A DNA stretch of 63,506 nucleotides, the filler included, from Octopus bimaculoides (taxonomy: Eukaryota): the NCBI RefSeq assembly GCF_001194135.2. It is 6 parts of 6 records of this genome, joined end to end, with 100 filler letters (N's around TTAATTAATTAA, not from the genome) between each part and the next. Parts side by side here need not be neighbours in the genome. Positions count along the whole stretch, not along the records: positions 1 to 24,260 come from NC_068994.1; 5 more parts are not named here. The stretch is one strand, 5' to 3'. The stretch's first letter is position 1. Each line of letters starts with the position of its first letter. The notes beneath the pieces were generated by a model that had not been told where the DNA came from, made no database searches, and saw only the letters and a program-made list of their open reading frames with translations. Shown one piece after another: positions 1 to 13,990 of the stretch. The position numbers and the translations under genes are program-made.

Positions 1-48
<48 letters not shown>

Positions 49-1590
49 CATATTCATATATATATGTATATATATATATATGTATATATATACATATTCA
101 TATATATATGTATATATACATATTCATATATATATGTATATATATATATTCATATATATTTATATAATCATCGTTTAAAGTCCTCCTTCCATGCTGGTAT
201 GGGTTGGATGGTTTAACAGGGGCTGACCAGGCAGGAGCCTGTGCTATGCTTCTGAGTGTGTTTTGGCATGGTTTTTACAGCGGAACACCCTTCTTAACAC
301 CAACCGCTCTGTAGAATGGGCTGAGTGCTTTTTATGGGGCACTCGTACAGATGAGGTCAGTTTTGGCATAGATTTTATAACTGGATGCCCTTCCAAATGC
401 CATCCACTTTATAGTGTGGACTGGGTGCTTTTTAAGAGGCACCTGCACTGGCGGGGTCACCAAGTGACTTTGCAAGACAAAGAGCCTTTGAGAGGGGAGG
501 GGTTTTGGAGGAGGTGATCTTGTGTCAGACGATGAAAGATTAGAGTGTGACAGAGAGACAGAAACAAGTGTCTTGCATTAGAGGAGGTCCATGATTACTC
601 AGCCAGAGAGTAGTGCAAGAGAAAAAGAGAGAGAGAAAGAGTAGGAGACAGTAAGAGCAGGAGAGGGATGGTGGCAAGTGCCAGGGTATACTTGCAAGGA
701 ATGGGGATGATAGATGGGATGGTAGAGTAAGGAAGAGGGAGATGAATTGTGGCAGGTGCTGGAAGGGTATCGCCAAGGAGTCGAGATTGGGGAAATGCAG
801 TGCCTGGTGAGAATCTGGGTATATAGAGGGGGAGGGGATGGGGGAAGCATACACACACCAATTCCATCTAATGACACTTACCTATTATTATTACTACAGA
901 AAACAAATGACCTAATCAAAAGAATGAGATGGAAGCCTAGCTGTTTCTTGCATTATACACATCCAAAGCAAAATTTTTTTATGGACCCTTAAAATACTAC
1001 TGTGGATCTCGAATTTACTATTTGCTTGTGAGGACCTCCCTCCCCCAAAATCTTATATGGACCGCCAGGGGTAACATGGACCCTGCCTGAGGACCACTGC
1101 TGTGGAGGATCTACATGATTGGTCCCATTTTAGAAGAGAGAGAGAGAGGGATAGGGTGGAGCTGGAAAGCAATGAAAGTAGTGATAATGAGGTGAGATTG
1201 TATGAAGAGGATAGGAATGAGTGGGGCATTGGGGCCAGGAATGAGTAGGGAAGTTGGTGATGTGTGGAGCATGAGTAATGACGATGCAGTAAACAAAAAG
1301 AGAAAGAGAGAGAGAGAGAAAGGACTTGCAGTTAGTGATGGGATGCAGATATGGATGGGGGGGGGGAGGCAGGAGTAGTGTATGAGGGATGTGAGACATA
1401 CGGTTGTGAGGGACGAGAAATAATTTGATGATACAGTAGGGGTGGGTGATGAAAATGTGGACAGAGAACAATATTAATGGATTACAGATGAAGAGGTTGT
1501 GGGTGGTAAGTGGTGTCAATGAAGAACTGCAGTTAGGGGTGGTGTAGGGTATTTTGTGGAGGTGGAGGGAAATTGGGCAAAGGTCCAGTT

Positions 1591-1631
<41 letters not shown>

Positions 1632-2063
1632 GGCATGTGGCCTAGCGGTTAGGGTATTGCACTTATGATCACTAGATCATGGATTCCATTCCTGACTGGG
1701 TGGTGTGTTATGTTCTTGAGCAAAACACTTCATTTCACATTGGTCCAGCCCACTCAGCTGTAAATGGATCACCCTGTGACAGAATAGTTCTGATCAGAGG
1801 TAATGTTGGTCTGTTCACCTAGCCAGTGGGGTGGCATTATTCAAAAGCTAAAACAATGTGAAGCACATTGTGATCAGTGATGTACAACAACACCCACTAG
1901 TCTGGTGGATATTATGAAACCATGATATATATATAAAGAGAGAGAGGGAGAGAGAGAGAGGGAGAGAGAGAGAGGGAGAGAGAGAGAGACGCACACACAC
2001 ACACACACACACATACATATGTAGCTCTACCAGAACTCCTAGGTGGGTGGGTCTTTTGAAAAG

Positions 2064-2102
<39 letters not shown>

Positions 2103-2363
2103 AAGAAATGGGAGGAAGAGGATTTCGATTATTCCCATGTGGTGAGTTGTAATGCAAAAAATATATATATCATAAAAGAAGGAAAATGCGCACAGCTTAC
2201 ATAGTTTTAATATATTTTAAATGAAAGAGTATTGTGGTTGTCGACCGGTTTCACTTTCCCTAATCATGACATTGAAATTATTGTGATTTCATATTTTAAG
2301 AAGATTTTTATCCAAGTTCTTGTATGAAAGTTTGTGAATGAATCAGGCTGAACTTTCATACTG

Positions 2364-2467
<104 letters not shown>

Positions 2468-2699
2468 ACACACACAAAATTCAACAGTCAGAAATTTAGA
2501 GATTTCTAAATGAAGTATTTGACAAAACAAGAGAAGAAGGACTACTAGAAGTTTCTTATTTCTTTATTACCCACAAGGGGCTAAACATAGAGGGGGACAG
2601 AAGAGGAAAGAGGACAAAGACAAAGAGGACAAAAGACAAAGACTGAGGGTGACATGATGGTGCAACAGTGAGATAGCTAGGGCTATAAAACTAAAACAC

Positions 2700-3990
2700 T
2701 GGCTCTTTCTAAGAGTGGAAAAATGGGGATAGCAGAAAACTATATCTGGTAGCTTGAAGAGAAGCTATGCAACAGGTTTCCATAGCAAAAGGAGATGCAG
2801 AAAGTAGCATGAGAATTAGAGGCATTAGGTGTTTTGAATTGTAAGATGAAGTATAAGAGAAAATCAAGATGTTTTGAGTAAGAAGTGTGTATGAGTAAAT
2901 AATGGTATACTTGCACTTAGTAATTCTAAAAAAAAAAGATAGAGGCATGAAAGTGCTTCTATGAAAAGTTATTAAACATGAAGAACAGGAGAAAGAGAAT
3001 TTTCCCAATGTTGACCCAACAGAAGGACTGGCAGCCCTAGTTGACAGCAGTATGATAGATAAGGCAATTAAGGATTTGACAGTAGGGAAAGCTCTTGGTC
3101 CAGAAGGAATCACCATTGAAATGCTTAAACTATCTGGCAGAGTAGAATATAGCCTAATCCTACGTATAGTTAATAAGGTTGTACATGAAGGTGTCACATC
3201 CAGTGACTTGTGTAGATGATTTAGACAGAAGTAATTGTAGACGTATTGCTGGACCAGGTCATGAAAGTTACAGAAAAAGTTATGGATTAACTGATTAGGG
3301 ACAGAATTAGTCTAGATGAGATGCAGTTTCATTTTGTTCCAGGGAGAAAATACTACAGATGCCCTCTTTCTAATAAGACAACTAGAGGAAAAGTATTTAG
3401 ATGAAAGTAACCCATCCCACTTGGCTTTGACAGAGTCTGTCACTATATATATAATCTGGTGGTCTCTGAGGAAGCTTGGGGAAGATGATTGACTTGTGAA
3501 AGTCATACAAGCCATGTACAGGGATGCTATCAATAATGTGAGGGTCTACCACAAATACTGTCACGAATTTAGAGTACAAGTAGGAAATCATTAGGGTTCA
3601 GTTCTCAGTTTCTTCCTATTCATCATAGTCTCCCTGGCTATATCAAGAACTTAAGACAAGCTGTCCTTGGGAACTACTACAGGCTGACAACTTCATTCTA
3701 AAAGCAGAATCTGTAGTAGAGTTAGAAAAGAAATGACAAATGTGGAAGCAAAACCTGGAATTAAAGGGCTAAGTTAGCTTAGCAAGGACCAAAATTCCAG
3801 TAAGCTGGAAACTAAGCAGGACTCTACTCACATCAGATAAATGGCCCTGTTTGATGAATAGGAAAGGTTTAAGCAGGAATTGCATAAGAGGTACAGTGGC
3901 ATCACAGGAATTATTAGAGAGATTTTAATGTGGAAGATTTGAAGGAGTCATAAATACTAAGGACACATGAGAAATAGGTTTTCTTGAATG
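2700..3990 (+). mobile_element. RTE-clade LINE RT, decayed
   Basis: GKALGPEGITIEML, MQFHFVPGRKYTDALFLIRQLEEK, LYRLTTSF(YADD-like) remnants with stops and frameshifts. Confidence 0.8.
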
Positions 3991-5078
3991 CTTTAAAGGC
4001 TTCCTAGAGATGGTAGTAGATAGATTCTGTTACCTAGGTGACTTAAAGAGCAATAGAAGAGAATGTTTGGTAAGTATAGTTGCTACAATAAGAATAGGTT
4101 GGGTAAAGTTCAGAGAGCTATTATCATTGTTGGTGACAAAGTGTCTCTCTCTCAAAGAGAAAAGGAGATTGTATGATGCTTGTGTATGAGCATATCTTGT
4201 TCTCCTAACACCCATCCTACCATCAGTTTCTAACTATGAAATTACTTAGCTTCTGTAATCATTTGAGAGGAGATTTGTTACATATTTTATCCCCAACCTT
4301 TTTTTTTATTATCATTTGCCTCCTTTTTTTTTCCCCTTGGGACCACTTCCAATCAGCATCTATCCCTTGTTCTCATTGTCATCCCTTCCAACACAATTTC
4401 CCCAATTAGCCTCTTTCCAAGTCTCCAGTTATATCTTCCTCTCCTCTGAGCTATGTTTTAGGCCTGCCAGATCTCCTATCTTATCTGCTTTCATTCTCAC
4501 TGTACACGCTAATATTCCTCCCTACCAACTACAGTTGTAGCCCCCCAACTCCCTATAATCACTCTTATATTCATTTGATCTCCATCACTACCTGCCTCCC
4601 TCCCCACTTCTCCTACACCTTACACATCTTTCTCTCCTTTCTGATCTACTCTCCTTTGTGAGCCACTTCCATCTCTCACACTTTACTCCCTCCCTCCTAA
4701 TATTTCCCATCAACCATACCTCTACCCTTGTTCATCACTTACCGTATACACCTTTACCCCTATCTCTGTATGTTGCTCTTCTCTCATACTCTTATGAAAT
4801 GGCACCCCCTCTACCCCCTGATTCACTAGCCATATCCTCACTTATACTCACCTTGTATCTTTAGTGATCACTCTGGCACCTCATCACCACCATCCTTATC
4901 TTCTTCCCAGCTATTTCCACCCACCCTTAAACAATGTTGAGTTGCCGTGTATTCAGCTCATGACCATAAGGTCACGAGTTTGATACCCAGTGGTGTATTC
5001 TGTCCTTGAGCAAGACACTTTTGTTTCATATTGCTCCATTTCACTCAGCTGGCAAAAGTGAATTACTTCAAAGAGCCA

Positions 5079-5590
5079 GCCTTGTCACACTCTGTGTCAT
5101 GCTAAATGTCCCTGAGAACTATGTTAAGGGTACATATGTCTGTGGAGTGTTCAGCCACTTGCATGTTTATTTCACGAGCAGGCTATTCTGCTGGTCGGAG
5201 CAACTTGGACATTCATTGTCGTAACTGACGGAGTGCCTTCTAGTAACACACTCCTTGTCACACTCTGTGTAACACTGAATCTCCCTGAGAACTACATTAA
5301 GGATAGGTGTCTGTAGAGTGCTCAGCCACTTGCACGTTAATTGATGGGCAGGCTGTTCCGTTGATCAGATCAACTGGAACATTTGTTGTAACTGTCTAAT
5401 GCTGTCTATAGTAACATGCTCCTTGTCAGATTCTGTGTTACACTGAATCTCCCTGAGAACTATGTTAAAGGTATACATGTCTGTGGAGTGCTCAGCTACT
5501 TGGACATTAACTTCATGAGCAGGCTGTTCCATTGATCAGATCAACTGGAACACCCTTCATAACTGATGGAATGCCATCTATAGTAACATA
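5079..5590 (+). repeat. Three tandem ~170-bp units of a SINE-C body
   Basis: CTTGTCACACTCTGTG..CCCTGAGAACTA..AGCCACTTGCA..GCAGGCTGTTC recurs at ~5079, 5250 and 5420. Confidence 0.8.
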
Positions 5591-5978
5591 TTTGTCTCTC
5601 AATCATACTTTAGCTTGTCCTTTGATCACACTTTAATGTCTCAGCACCAGGCGTAAAGCCACCACTCCTCTCAAATACCACCCCCAGATGTCTTGATGTA
5701 TGAATGTGTGTGTGGATATTTAGGTTTAATGTAGCATGCATGAGTGTGTGTGGGTACAGTATGTGTGATGTTAATTCATTCTTTGTCATTGGGTGAGACA
5801 CTGTTTTGCCTATGGCAAACTTTGTAAATTCCTATGAACAGATGCTTCATTTGTCTACCTGAGAGCAGAATATTTGAAGCTGATATCATAAACTTGTCAA
5901 TGAGCTGACCACTTGCTTCCTTTATCTTTCATTTATGACAGTGAATTCTCATACTGTAATCATTACTATTATTATTAA

Positions 5979-6177
5979 GGCGGTGAGCTGGCAGAATTGT
6001 TAGCATGCTGGATAAAATGTTTAGCGCGCTACATTCTGAGTTCAAATTCCACTGAAGTTGACTTTGCTTTTTATCCTTTTGGGGTCGATAAATTATGTAC
6101 CAGTTGAGTACTGGGGCCGATGTAATCGACTATTCCCCTCCCACCAAATTTCAGGCCTTGTGCCTAAAGTAGAAAAT

Positions 6178-6209
<32 letters not shown>

Positions 6210-6443
6210 TATTATTATTATTATTAAGGCAGTGAGCTGATAGAATTGTTAGCATGCCGGATAAAACGCCCAAGAAGTATTTCACCTGTCTTTATGTTGT
6301 TCTGAGTTCAAACGCTACCAGGGTTGACTTTGCTTTTCATCCTTTTGGGGTCAATAAATTAAGTACCAGTGAAACACTGGAGTCGATGTAATCGACTGGT
6401 CCCCTCCCCCAAAATTCCAGGCCTTGTGACTATAGTAGAAAGG

Positions 6444-6487
<44 letters not shown>

Positions 6488-7231
6488 GAAGGTGGCAAGC
6501 TGGCAAAAATCATTAGCACGCCAGGCAAAACGCTTAGTGATATTTCATCTGTCGTCATGTTCTGAATTCAAATTCCACTGAGGTTGACTTTGCTTTCCAT
6601 CCTTTACGGTTCCATAAAATAAGTACCAGTTGAATAACTGGGGTCAATATAATCAACTTACCCCACTCCCCTGTAATTGCTGGCCTCGTGCCAAAATTTT
6701 AAATTATTACCTCCGCCTTCATTATTGTTTGCAGTCCTGTTTGTTTGTTTGTTTGTCCGTGGATAAGATATCTCAAGAACCACTGGATGGATTCGGATGA
6801 AACTTTCATGGTTGTTTGGTCTTGTAACTGGTTTTTCTTACTTAATTTTTGAGAATGATCAGGTTCATTGTCAGTGTTTTCGTTTGTGAGAGCAGTTGAG
6901 TTTATTTTCAGATATTCTCATTTTAAAAATCATCTCTGGCTAATCGTTGAGAGGACGTTGGTGTTGCCTTGGTGGAGGTTTGCACTCTCTGAGTACTCTT
7001 GTTATTATTATTATTAAGGTGGCGACCTGGCAGAATTGTTACTTTGTCAGACAAAATGCTTAGTGGTGTTTCATTTGTCTTTATGTTTTGAGTTCAAATG
7101 CTGCTGGGGTCAACTTTGCCTTTCATCCTCTCTGGGTTGATAAAATAAGTACCAGTTGATCATCATGGTCATCAATATAATCAACTTATCCTCTACCTTG
7201 AAATAGCTGGCTTTGTACCAAAATTTGAAAC

Positions 7232-7289
<58 letters not shown>

Positions 7290-7500
7290 GTGGTGAGCTG
7301 GCAGAATTGTTACCACTTTGGATAAAATGCTTAGTGGTGTTACATCTGTCCTTACATTCTGAGTTCAAATTCCGCAGAGGTTGACTTAGCCTTTCATCCT
7401 TTCAGGGTTGATAAAAATAAGTACCAGCTGAGTACTGGCTCAATGTAACTGACTAACCCCATCCACCAAAACTTCAGACCTTGTGCCTATAGTAGAAAAA
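5979..7500 (+). mobile_element. Five same-orientation tRNA-headed SINEs (family A) separated by (ATT)/(ATC)n tracts
   Basis: Heads GG(C/T)GGTGAGCTGGCAGAA at ~5979, 6228, 6489, 7018 and 7291. Other copies at 9408-9620, 28036-28240, 29280-29500 (-), 32290-32503 (-) and 32626-32850. Confidence 0.9.
6703..6995 (+). mobile_element. Helentron/DINE-like non-autonomous element
   Basis: Subterminal inverted repeats ACCTCCGCC / GGTGGAGGT and 3' CTCTCTGAGT..CTTGTT; related copy at 12448-12820. Confidence 0.5.
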
Positions 7501-8338
7501 AATTATTATTATTATTGTTGTAGCTGTTGTTAGTGTTGTTGATGCTGCTGTTGTCCTGTTACTGAGTCTACATGACTCAGTGGTTATTGCTTTCCTTTCT
7601 TGCTTCTTTGTTGTGTGTATGTGTATGAATAGTTGTGTGTACAAGTGTATAGATGTATCTTACCTTATGGGTATGAAAGGGCATGACATTGACCTTTCTT
7701 TCTTCTATTTACTATATCCTACTACACTGTTGACAAATGTTCCACCACTCCACTGATGTTGATAATTTGCAATACGAGGATATATTTTGAGTAACTTAAC
7801 AACATGTATTCTTTTACTGAACACTGATGAGGAAATTTTGTTAAGGTTATGTAATTTTCAACAAATAATTGTGTAATCCTTTCAGTTGATTTCATGCAAT
7901 GCATGTATGCTTTATAAAACTTAAAACATCAAATATATTTTCTTTATCTTATTAATACTATCATATAGTTGGAATTCTGTACACTTGTCTTTTCTGTGGT
8001 TGGATGCCCTCATGTAACTGCACTGAATATAACCTATTACTGAGTTTGTCATGCTACAGGTTGGATTCCAGGATCATTCAGAACAAACACAAAAAAAAAA
8101 AAAAAAATCATGTTGCTCCTATGGAGAACATTTGTTCTCAGTTACTTGGATCACTACTCCCAATTGTGGTTTCCAAACTAAAAGCAGAACTCAATTCAAT
8201 GCTGCTACACCAAGAAAATTGCCTTGATGCAGCAGATGAGCTATTGAGAGAGGCTAAAAGAACTGAGGTTACTCCCTAGAGAGAAGATATGAAAGATATG
8301 CAGTGATGAATATCTAGTGACATCTTATAGCAGACGAC

Positions 8339-8734
8339 TGTTATATGTTCAATGTCCGGAGTTTTATCCACGCATGTGCAGGGACTAGTTCCGGAAGGAA
8401 TACAGGAAGAGTCTCATGCACATGCGTAGAGTTCAACACCCAGCTTTGGCGCCTTTTCTCAGCCTGTTCGTTGACTGATCTGCGTCGAGCCAAGACGTCC
8501 AACAGAGCTCTCTCACATGTCAGCACCAGAGCTTCACAAATAACCACGGAAATCATTCAGAAGGCGTCTCAGTAACCGAAGGCGACGAGCTACCGAATTC
8601 CCTCCAAGCGTGAACTGAATTCCACTGTAAATAAATATTGTTATGTTGTTCAGAATCTGCGTTCCGTTGTTTCTTCTAGAAATTTAATGTACGGAAGCGG
8701 TGTACACCTAATGGTGTATAACCAGTTCCCTACA
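8339..8734 (+). mobile_element. Possible solo LTR
   Basis: CpG-rich ~400-bp island starting TGT and ending ACA with an AATAAA-like signal; no clean target-site duplication. Confidence 0.35.
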
Positions 8735-9116
8735 AATATATGGAAAATCCTGGAATGTGTAGCGTTTAACTTTGGGTTTGAAAGCTATACCAATCACTAG
8801 GCTGGATGCTACTGCATAGTGTTAAAGATCCTACTGTTTCTATCCAGAGAAAGGACCCAATACTGTGATGACTTGGGGTTCAGGGGCCCCCCCATAAGTT
8901 TTCAATACTTAGCTAAAAGGCCTCAGATATCTATGAGGTGTAGATGTGAACTGAAATAATCCGAGACCATAAAGAGAAAAGTATTAACTCTTGACGTTTA
9001 GCAGCAATTCAAGGGATTTGAAACCTAATATTGGTTGAGTAATTCGTCCGATGGAAGCTTAACCTGCCAGTTTTATACCCTTCACCAAAACAAGTAGAAA
9101 CAAGTCCTATTATTAT

Positions 9117-9400
9117 TATGGCCTAGTGGTTGGGATGTTGCACTCACGATCGCAAGATCGTAATTTCAATTCCTAGACCGGGTGGTGCCTTGTGTTCTTG
9201 AGCAAAACACTTCATCTCACGTTGCTCTGCGACCACTTCGACACTTGATATGTGGTACACTGTGCACCTGTTCAGACAACCTCGATTTGATGGAGAGAGA
9301 GTGAGCTAATGTGCGGCACGAACATTTGATCACTATAAACAAATCATTTGTGCGGGTCGTTCGGCAAAAGCTGAACGCTCAAACGTCGTCTTCGATGGGA
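9117..9400 (+). mobile_element. tRNA-headed SINE (family C)
   Basis: TGGCCTAGTGGTT..GTTGCACTCACGATCGCAAG..TTCAATTCC head. Homologs at 1630-1920, 4935-5240, 35105-35330 (-) and 44275-44600 (-). Confidence 0.85.
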
Positions 9401-10290
9401 GAGGCCAGGCGTCGAGCTGGCAGAATCGTTAGCACGCTGGACGAAATGCTTAGCGGTATTTCGTCCGTCTTTATGTTCTGAGTTCAAATTCCGCCGAGGT
9501 CGACTTTGCCTTTCATCTTTCGGGGTCAATAAATTAAATACCAGTCAAGTATTGGGGTCGATGTAATCGACTATCCCTCTCCCCTCAAATTCCAGGCCTT
9601 GTGCCTATAGTAGAAGAGATTATTATTATTATTCAAAATAATCAACTGTTCAAACAAACTTCATTTTCATTAAAATCTGACACACCTTAGTTAAGGCTTA
9701 CTAAACAAGGGAGGTAACTCTTACTGTATTTCCAATAGATATCGTACCTTCTTGGTATATCTCTGAACTTTTATGTTTAGAATACATCGGAGAGAAAAAG
9801 GAATATTTTAGCACTCGTAACATTTATATTTATTTGGGTAAAGTCGATAATCCATTTTGTAGTTACACCTAATTTCACCCATGATAATATCGTGAGGCAG
9901 TGTATGAAGTTTGTGAATATTGTAAAGGTTAATGCAGGGATCGAAGTCTATTGGCGTTTTAGTTATTTGAGAACACACACACACGCACACACATATTTTT
10001 TTATTTGTTTCAGTCATTGGACTGCGACCATGCTGGGGCACTACTTTGAAGGGTTTACTTGAAAAATTGACCCTAGCGCTTATTTTAAGTCTGGTTTTTA
10101 TTCTATCGATAGTTCGCGGGGACGTAAACAAACCTTCAGTAGTTGTTAAGCGGTGAAATGAGAGGTGGGTTGGTTTTTGGAAACAAACACCCGCACACGT
10201 GTATATACACGATGGGCTTCCACATAATTTCCGTCTACCCAATTTACTCACGGACTGAACCCAAAACCAAGTTGTTGCAAAGCGTGCTTC

Positions 10291-10329
<39 letters not shown>

Positions 10330-10339
10330 CTATGTAAGT

Positions 10340-10822
10340 TGTTGTTATCTGTTTGGTGTGATATTTAAGCCCAAACCAAACGATAACAAAGATCTACTGT
10401 GAGCAGCTTGAGCAGTTTAAGTCAGAGCAAGAAGAAAAACGACCATCTTTGGTTTCAAAGCGAAAAGTACTCTTCCATCAGGATAATTCTCAGCCACTTA
10501 CAGTGAGGATGACATTCCAAAGGCTGGAGCAGTTTGAATGGGAAACGATGCCCCACCCACCATATTTGCCGGACATTGCCACAAAATCATTCAGACGGAA
10601 AAATATGAATTCTGTAGATGAAGTCAGAACAGTACTGGAGGAGTATTTTTCATCACAGATAATTGAATTTTGGAAGAGGAGCCTTACAAGTCTACCAGAC
10701 AGATGAAAGAGTGTTGTAGAAAATGAAGGAGAGTATATTTTAGATTAAAAAAGAACTTTGTTTATCTTAATTTTGAAGAATAAAAATAAATATAAAAACC
10801 TGCTTTATTTATGGGATGACCC

Positions 10823-10824
<2 letters not shown>
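10340..10824 (+). mobile_element. mariner transposase 3' fragment
   Basis: VLFHQDNSQP...WETMPHPPYLPDIA motif; TIR-like end TTTATGGGATGACCCAA. Confidence 0.85.
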
Positions 10825-10862
<38 letters not shown>

Positions 10863-11295
10863 GACAATAACTGACAGAATCTCTAGTATGTCAAACAAAA
10901 TGCTGTGTGGCATTTCTTCTAACTGTTTATGTCCTGAGTTCAAATCCTGCTTAGGTCAACTTTGACGACATCTTTTCAGGGTCAATAAAATAATGTTCCA
11001 GCCAAATTCTGGGGTTGATGTAATCAACTTGACCCCTCTCCTCAAAATTGACCTTGAACAAAATTTAGAAAGAATACACACACATACACACTCACTTTTA
11101 TGTTTTACTTGTTTCAATCATTAGACTGCAGCCATGCTGGGGCACTGTCTTGAAGAGTTTAGTCAAATTAATTGACTCCAATACATTTTTTTTGGCCTGC
11201 TACTTATTCTATCGATCACTTTGGCTGGACAGCTAAGTTATGGGGATGTAAACACACCAACACACATTCATACATACACACACAGACACACACAG

Positions 11296-11339
<44 letters not shown>

Positions 11340-12002
11340 TTATATATATATGGCAGGTAGTCTGGTTTCTTCTGGGTGGGTTGTTGGTCCCCTACAGAAT
11401 AATCAGATGATGACACTGCCATCTTGGTGATGAGCTGATGTGCCATGGGTCACTGTTAGTCTGGAACCTCCTCAAGAAACCAGCTTACTACCTAGGGTAG
11501 CCCTATCAGGAACAAAGCTCTGGATGGTAAAGCTCCCTTGGATCTATGGAACATGCAAGCCCCATCCAGGAGGATGTAGAGGGGCTGGCATGGAACTGCC
11601 AGCAATGGAGAGCACTGGTGGATCTAGTCGGCTCTACACATTATGATGACTCTGGGACCACTAACTTGGAATGAACCCAGCTCTATCAGGCAAGATCATG
11701 AAGCCAAGAAGCCATATATGATGGGCTTCTTTTAGTTTCCACCCACCAAATCCACTTACAAGGCTTTGGTCAGCCTAAAGCTATAGTAGAAGGCACTTGC
11801 CTTAAGGTACCATGCAGTGGGATTGAACCTGGAACCATGTGGTAAGGAAGCAAGCTTCCTACCACACAGCCATACCTGTGCCTACATATATGTATTTATT
11901 TACAAATACAGGTATATCAAATACCATACAACATAGATTCTTGATTTATCAAAATTATCCCAGCCTCTAGACGGTGTACCATAATGACCAAATATCACTT
12001 AA

Positions 12003-12292
12003 CCCATTACCTCCCATAATTCTATTAACTGGAATTTTTTTATGAAACTTTGATTTCTAGCATAAAACAGCCTAAGAAACACACTGGAATGATCAAAATA
12101 ACATTTCAAAATAACATTTTAAATAGAAATAAGCGAGATATTAGGTGAAAAATTAGCAAACCTCATTTGAATATCAGAGAAATATACCTAGTAGATATAA
12201 CAAAAAGGTTAGATATGTATAAATATTTACAGATAATTACGAAATTTGTAATTTTTAAGCGGTCTCATATGAGATCACTGGTAGGTAATGGG
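12003..12292. mobile_element. piggyBac-type MITE
   Basis: TTAA flanks; TIR CCCATTACCT/AGGTAATGGG. Confidence 0.8.
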
Positions 12293-12447
12293 TTAAGACA
12301 AGCTCTACATGAAAAGGGGAGATAATATCAAGAATCAAGAATTCTCCAAAGTTGACATGCCATTAAGAAAAGACAGGCTTAAAGCCTGGAAGTAACATGA
12401 CAGTTGTGGGTACCTGTCTCTGGCTCTTCCTTTCCCATGTAGAGCTT

Positions 12448-12820
12448 GTTACCTTTGCCTTAGCGAAGGCGGAGGTATTGTTTTCAGTTGTGTTTGTATG
12501 TTTGTTTGTCTGTGGGCAAAGTATCTCAAGAACTGCCAGATGGATTTGGGTGAAACTTTCAGGGATGTTTGGCCTCGTGATGGGCACGAACTGATTAGAT
12601 TTGGGGATTGATCTGGTATTGGACAAGGATTCTGGATGATTTTTTCTGTTTTTTATTCCATTTTTGAGAGCGGTTGGGTTCATTTTTAGTATTCTCATTT
12701 GTGAGAGCAGTTGAGTTTATTTCAGATATTCCCATTTTAAAAATTATCTCTGGCTAATCATTGAGAGGACATTGGTGTTACCTTGGCAGAGGTTTGCGCT
12801 CTCTGAGTGTCCTTGTTTTA
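12448..12820 (+). mobile_element. Helentron/DINE-like non-autonomous element
   Basis: 5' palindrome ACCTTTGCCTTAGCGAAGGCGGAGGT and 3' CCTTGGCAGAGGTTTGCGCTCTCTGAGTG; homologous to 6703-6995. Confidence 0.5.
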
Positions 12821-13167
12821 ATTGGTTTCAAATTTTGACCCAAGGCTAGCAGTTTGGGCAAGGGGGTAAGTTGATTACATTGACTCATGTTCAATTGGTA
12901 CTTATTTTATTGAGCCCAAAAGGATGAAAGGTAAATTATCATTCAGTGCTCAAAATAAGGAGTAGAAGGACAGCTGACAACTGATGAAGGGTCGTTTTTT
13001 ATGTTACTTGTCTTGTTTTCCATTTCTTTCTCTTGTTCTTTGCATACCCAATATTATTTTCGTATTTCATGTTGTTTACGTTTTGTGATGTACCCATATA
13101 TGCATACCTATATACATATATATGTATGAAGATATATGTATGTATATGATGATGATCATCATCATCA

Positions 13168-13510
13168 TCGTTTAACGTCCGCTTTCCATGCTAGCATGGG
13201 TTGGACGATTTGACTGAGGACTGGTGAAACCGGATGGCAACACCAGGCTCCAGTCTAATTTGGCAGAGTTTCTACAGCTGGATGCCCTTCCTAACGCCAA
13301 CCACTCAGAGAGTGTAGTGGGTGCTTTTACGTGTCACCCGCACGAAAACGGCCACGCTCGAAATGGTGTCTTTTATGTGCCACCCGCACAAGCCAGTCCA
13401 GGGGCACTGGCAACGATCTCGCTCGAAAATCCTACGGGAGCCAGTCAGGCGGTACTGGCAACGGCCACGCTCAAAATGGTGCATCTCATGTGCCACCCGC
13501 ACAAGAACCA
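13168..13510 (-). mobile_element. RTE-tailed short repeat (family D) ending in (GAT)n
   Basis: Near-identical copy at 34440-34612 (2 mismatches in ~165 bp by eye); others at 54021-54275, 168-440 and 52078-52170. Confidence 0.85.
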
Positions 13511-13589
13511 GTCATGCATATATATATATTATTTATATTATTATTTTGATTGAATGCCACACATCCATTTCCAAGTAAGTTTATCTTTA

Positions 13590-13620
<31 letters not shown>

Positions 13621-13956
13621 TGTGTGTGTATGTGTATTTTCGTATTTGTGTATGTTTCCATCACTGCTTGACGACTAGTGTTGGTTTGTTTACATATTCT
13701 TTATTTAACTAAATTCTCTCTCAGACACTTTTTTGTTTCATTTTAAAGTCATATTACAATAAGGGTTTTGGAAGTTGTATGAAAAATACAGTCATGAGTG
13801 CAGGCATGGCTGTGTGGAAGAGACTTGCTTCCCAACCACATGATTCCAGGTTCAGTCCCATTGCGTGGCATCCTGCGCAAGTGTCTTCTACTATAGCCTC
13901 AGGCTGACCAAAGCCTTGAGTGGATTTGGTAGATAGAAACTGAAAGAAGCCTGTCG

Positions 13957-13988
<32 letters not shown>

Positions 13989-13990
<2 letters not shown>

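Noticed and set aside
2235-2260. Hammerhead half GAAAC-CG-GTC on the minus strand
   Set aside because: No correctly placed CUGANGA; at best a dead remnant.
7660-7700. Possible first coding exon MSCPFIPIR|GTAAG on the minus strand
   Set aside because: Too short, and no compatible downstream exon was found.
12977-13000. CTGATGA motif
   Set aside because: No downstream stem II-GAAA-stem III.
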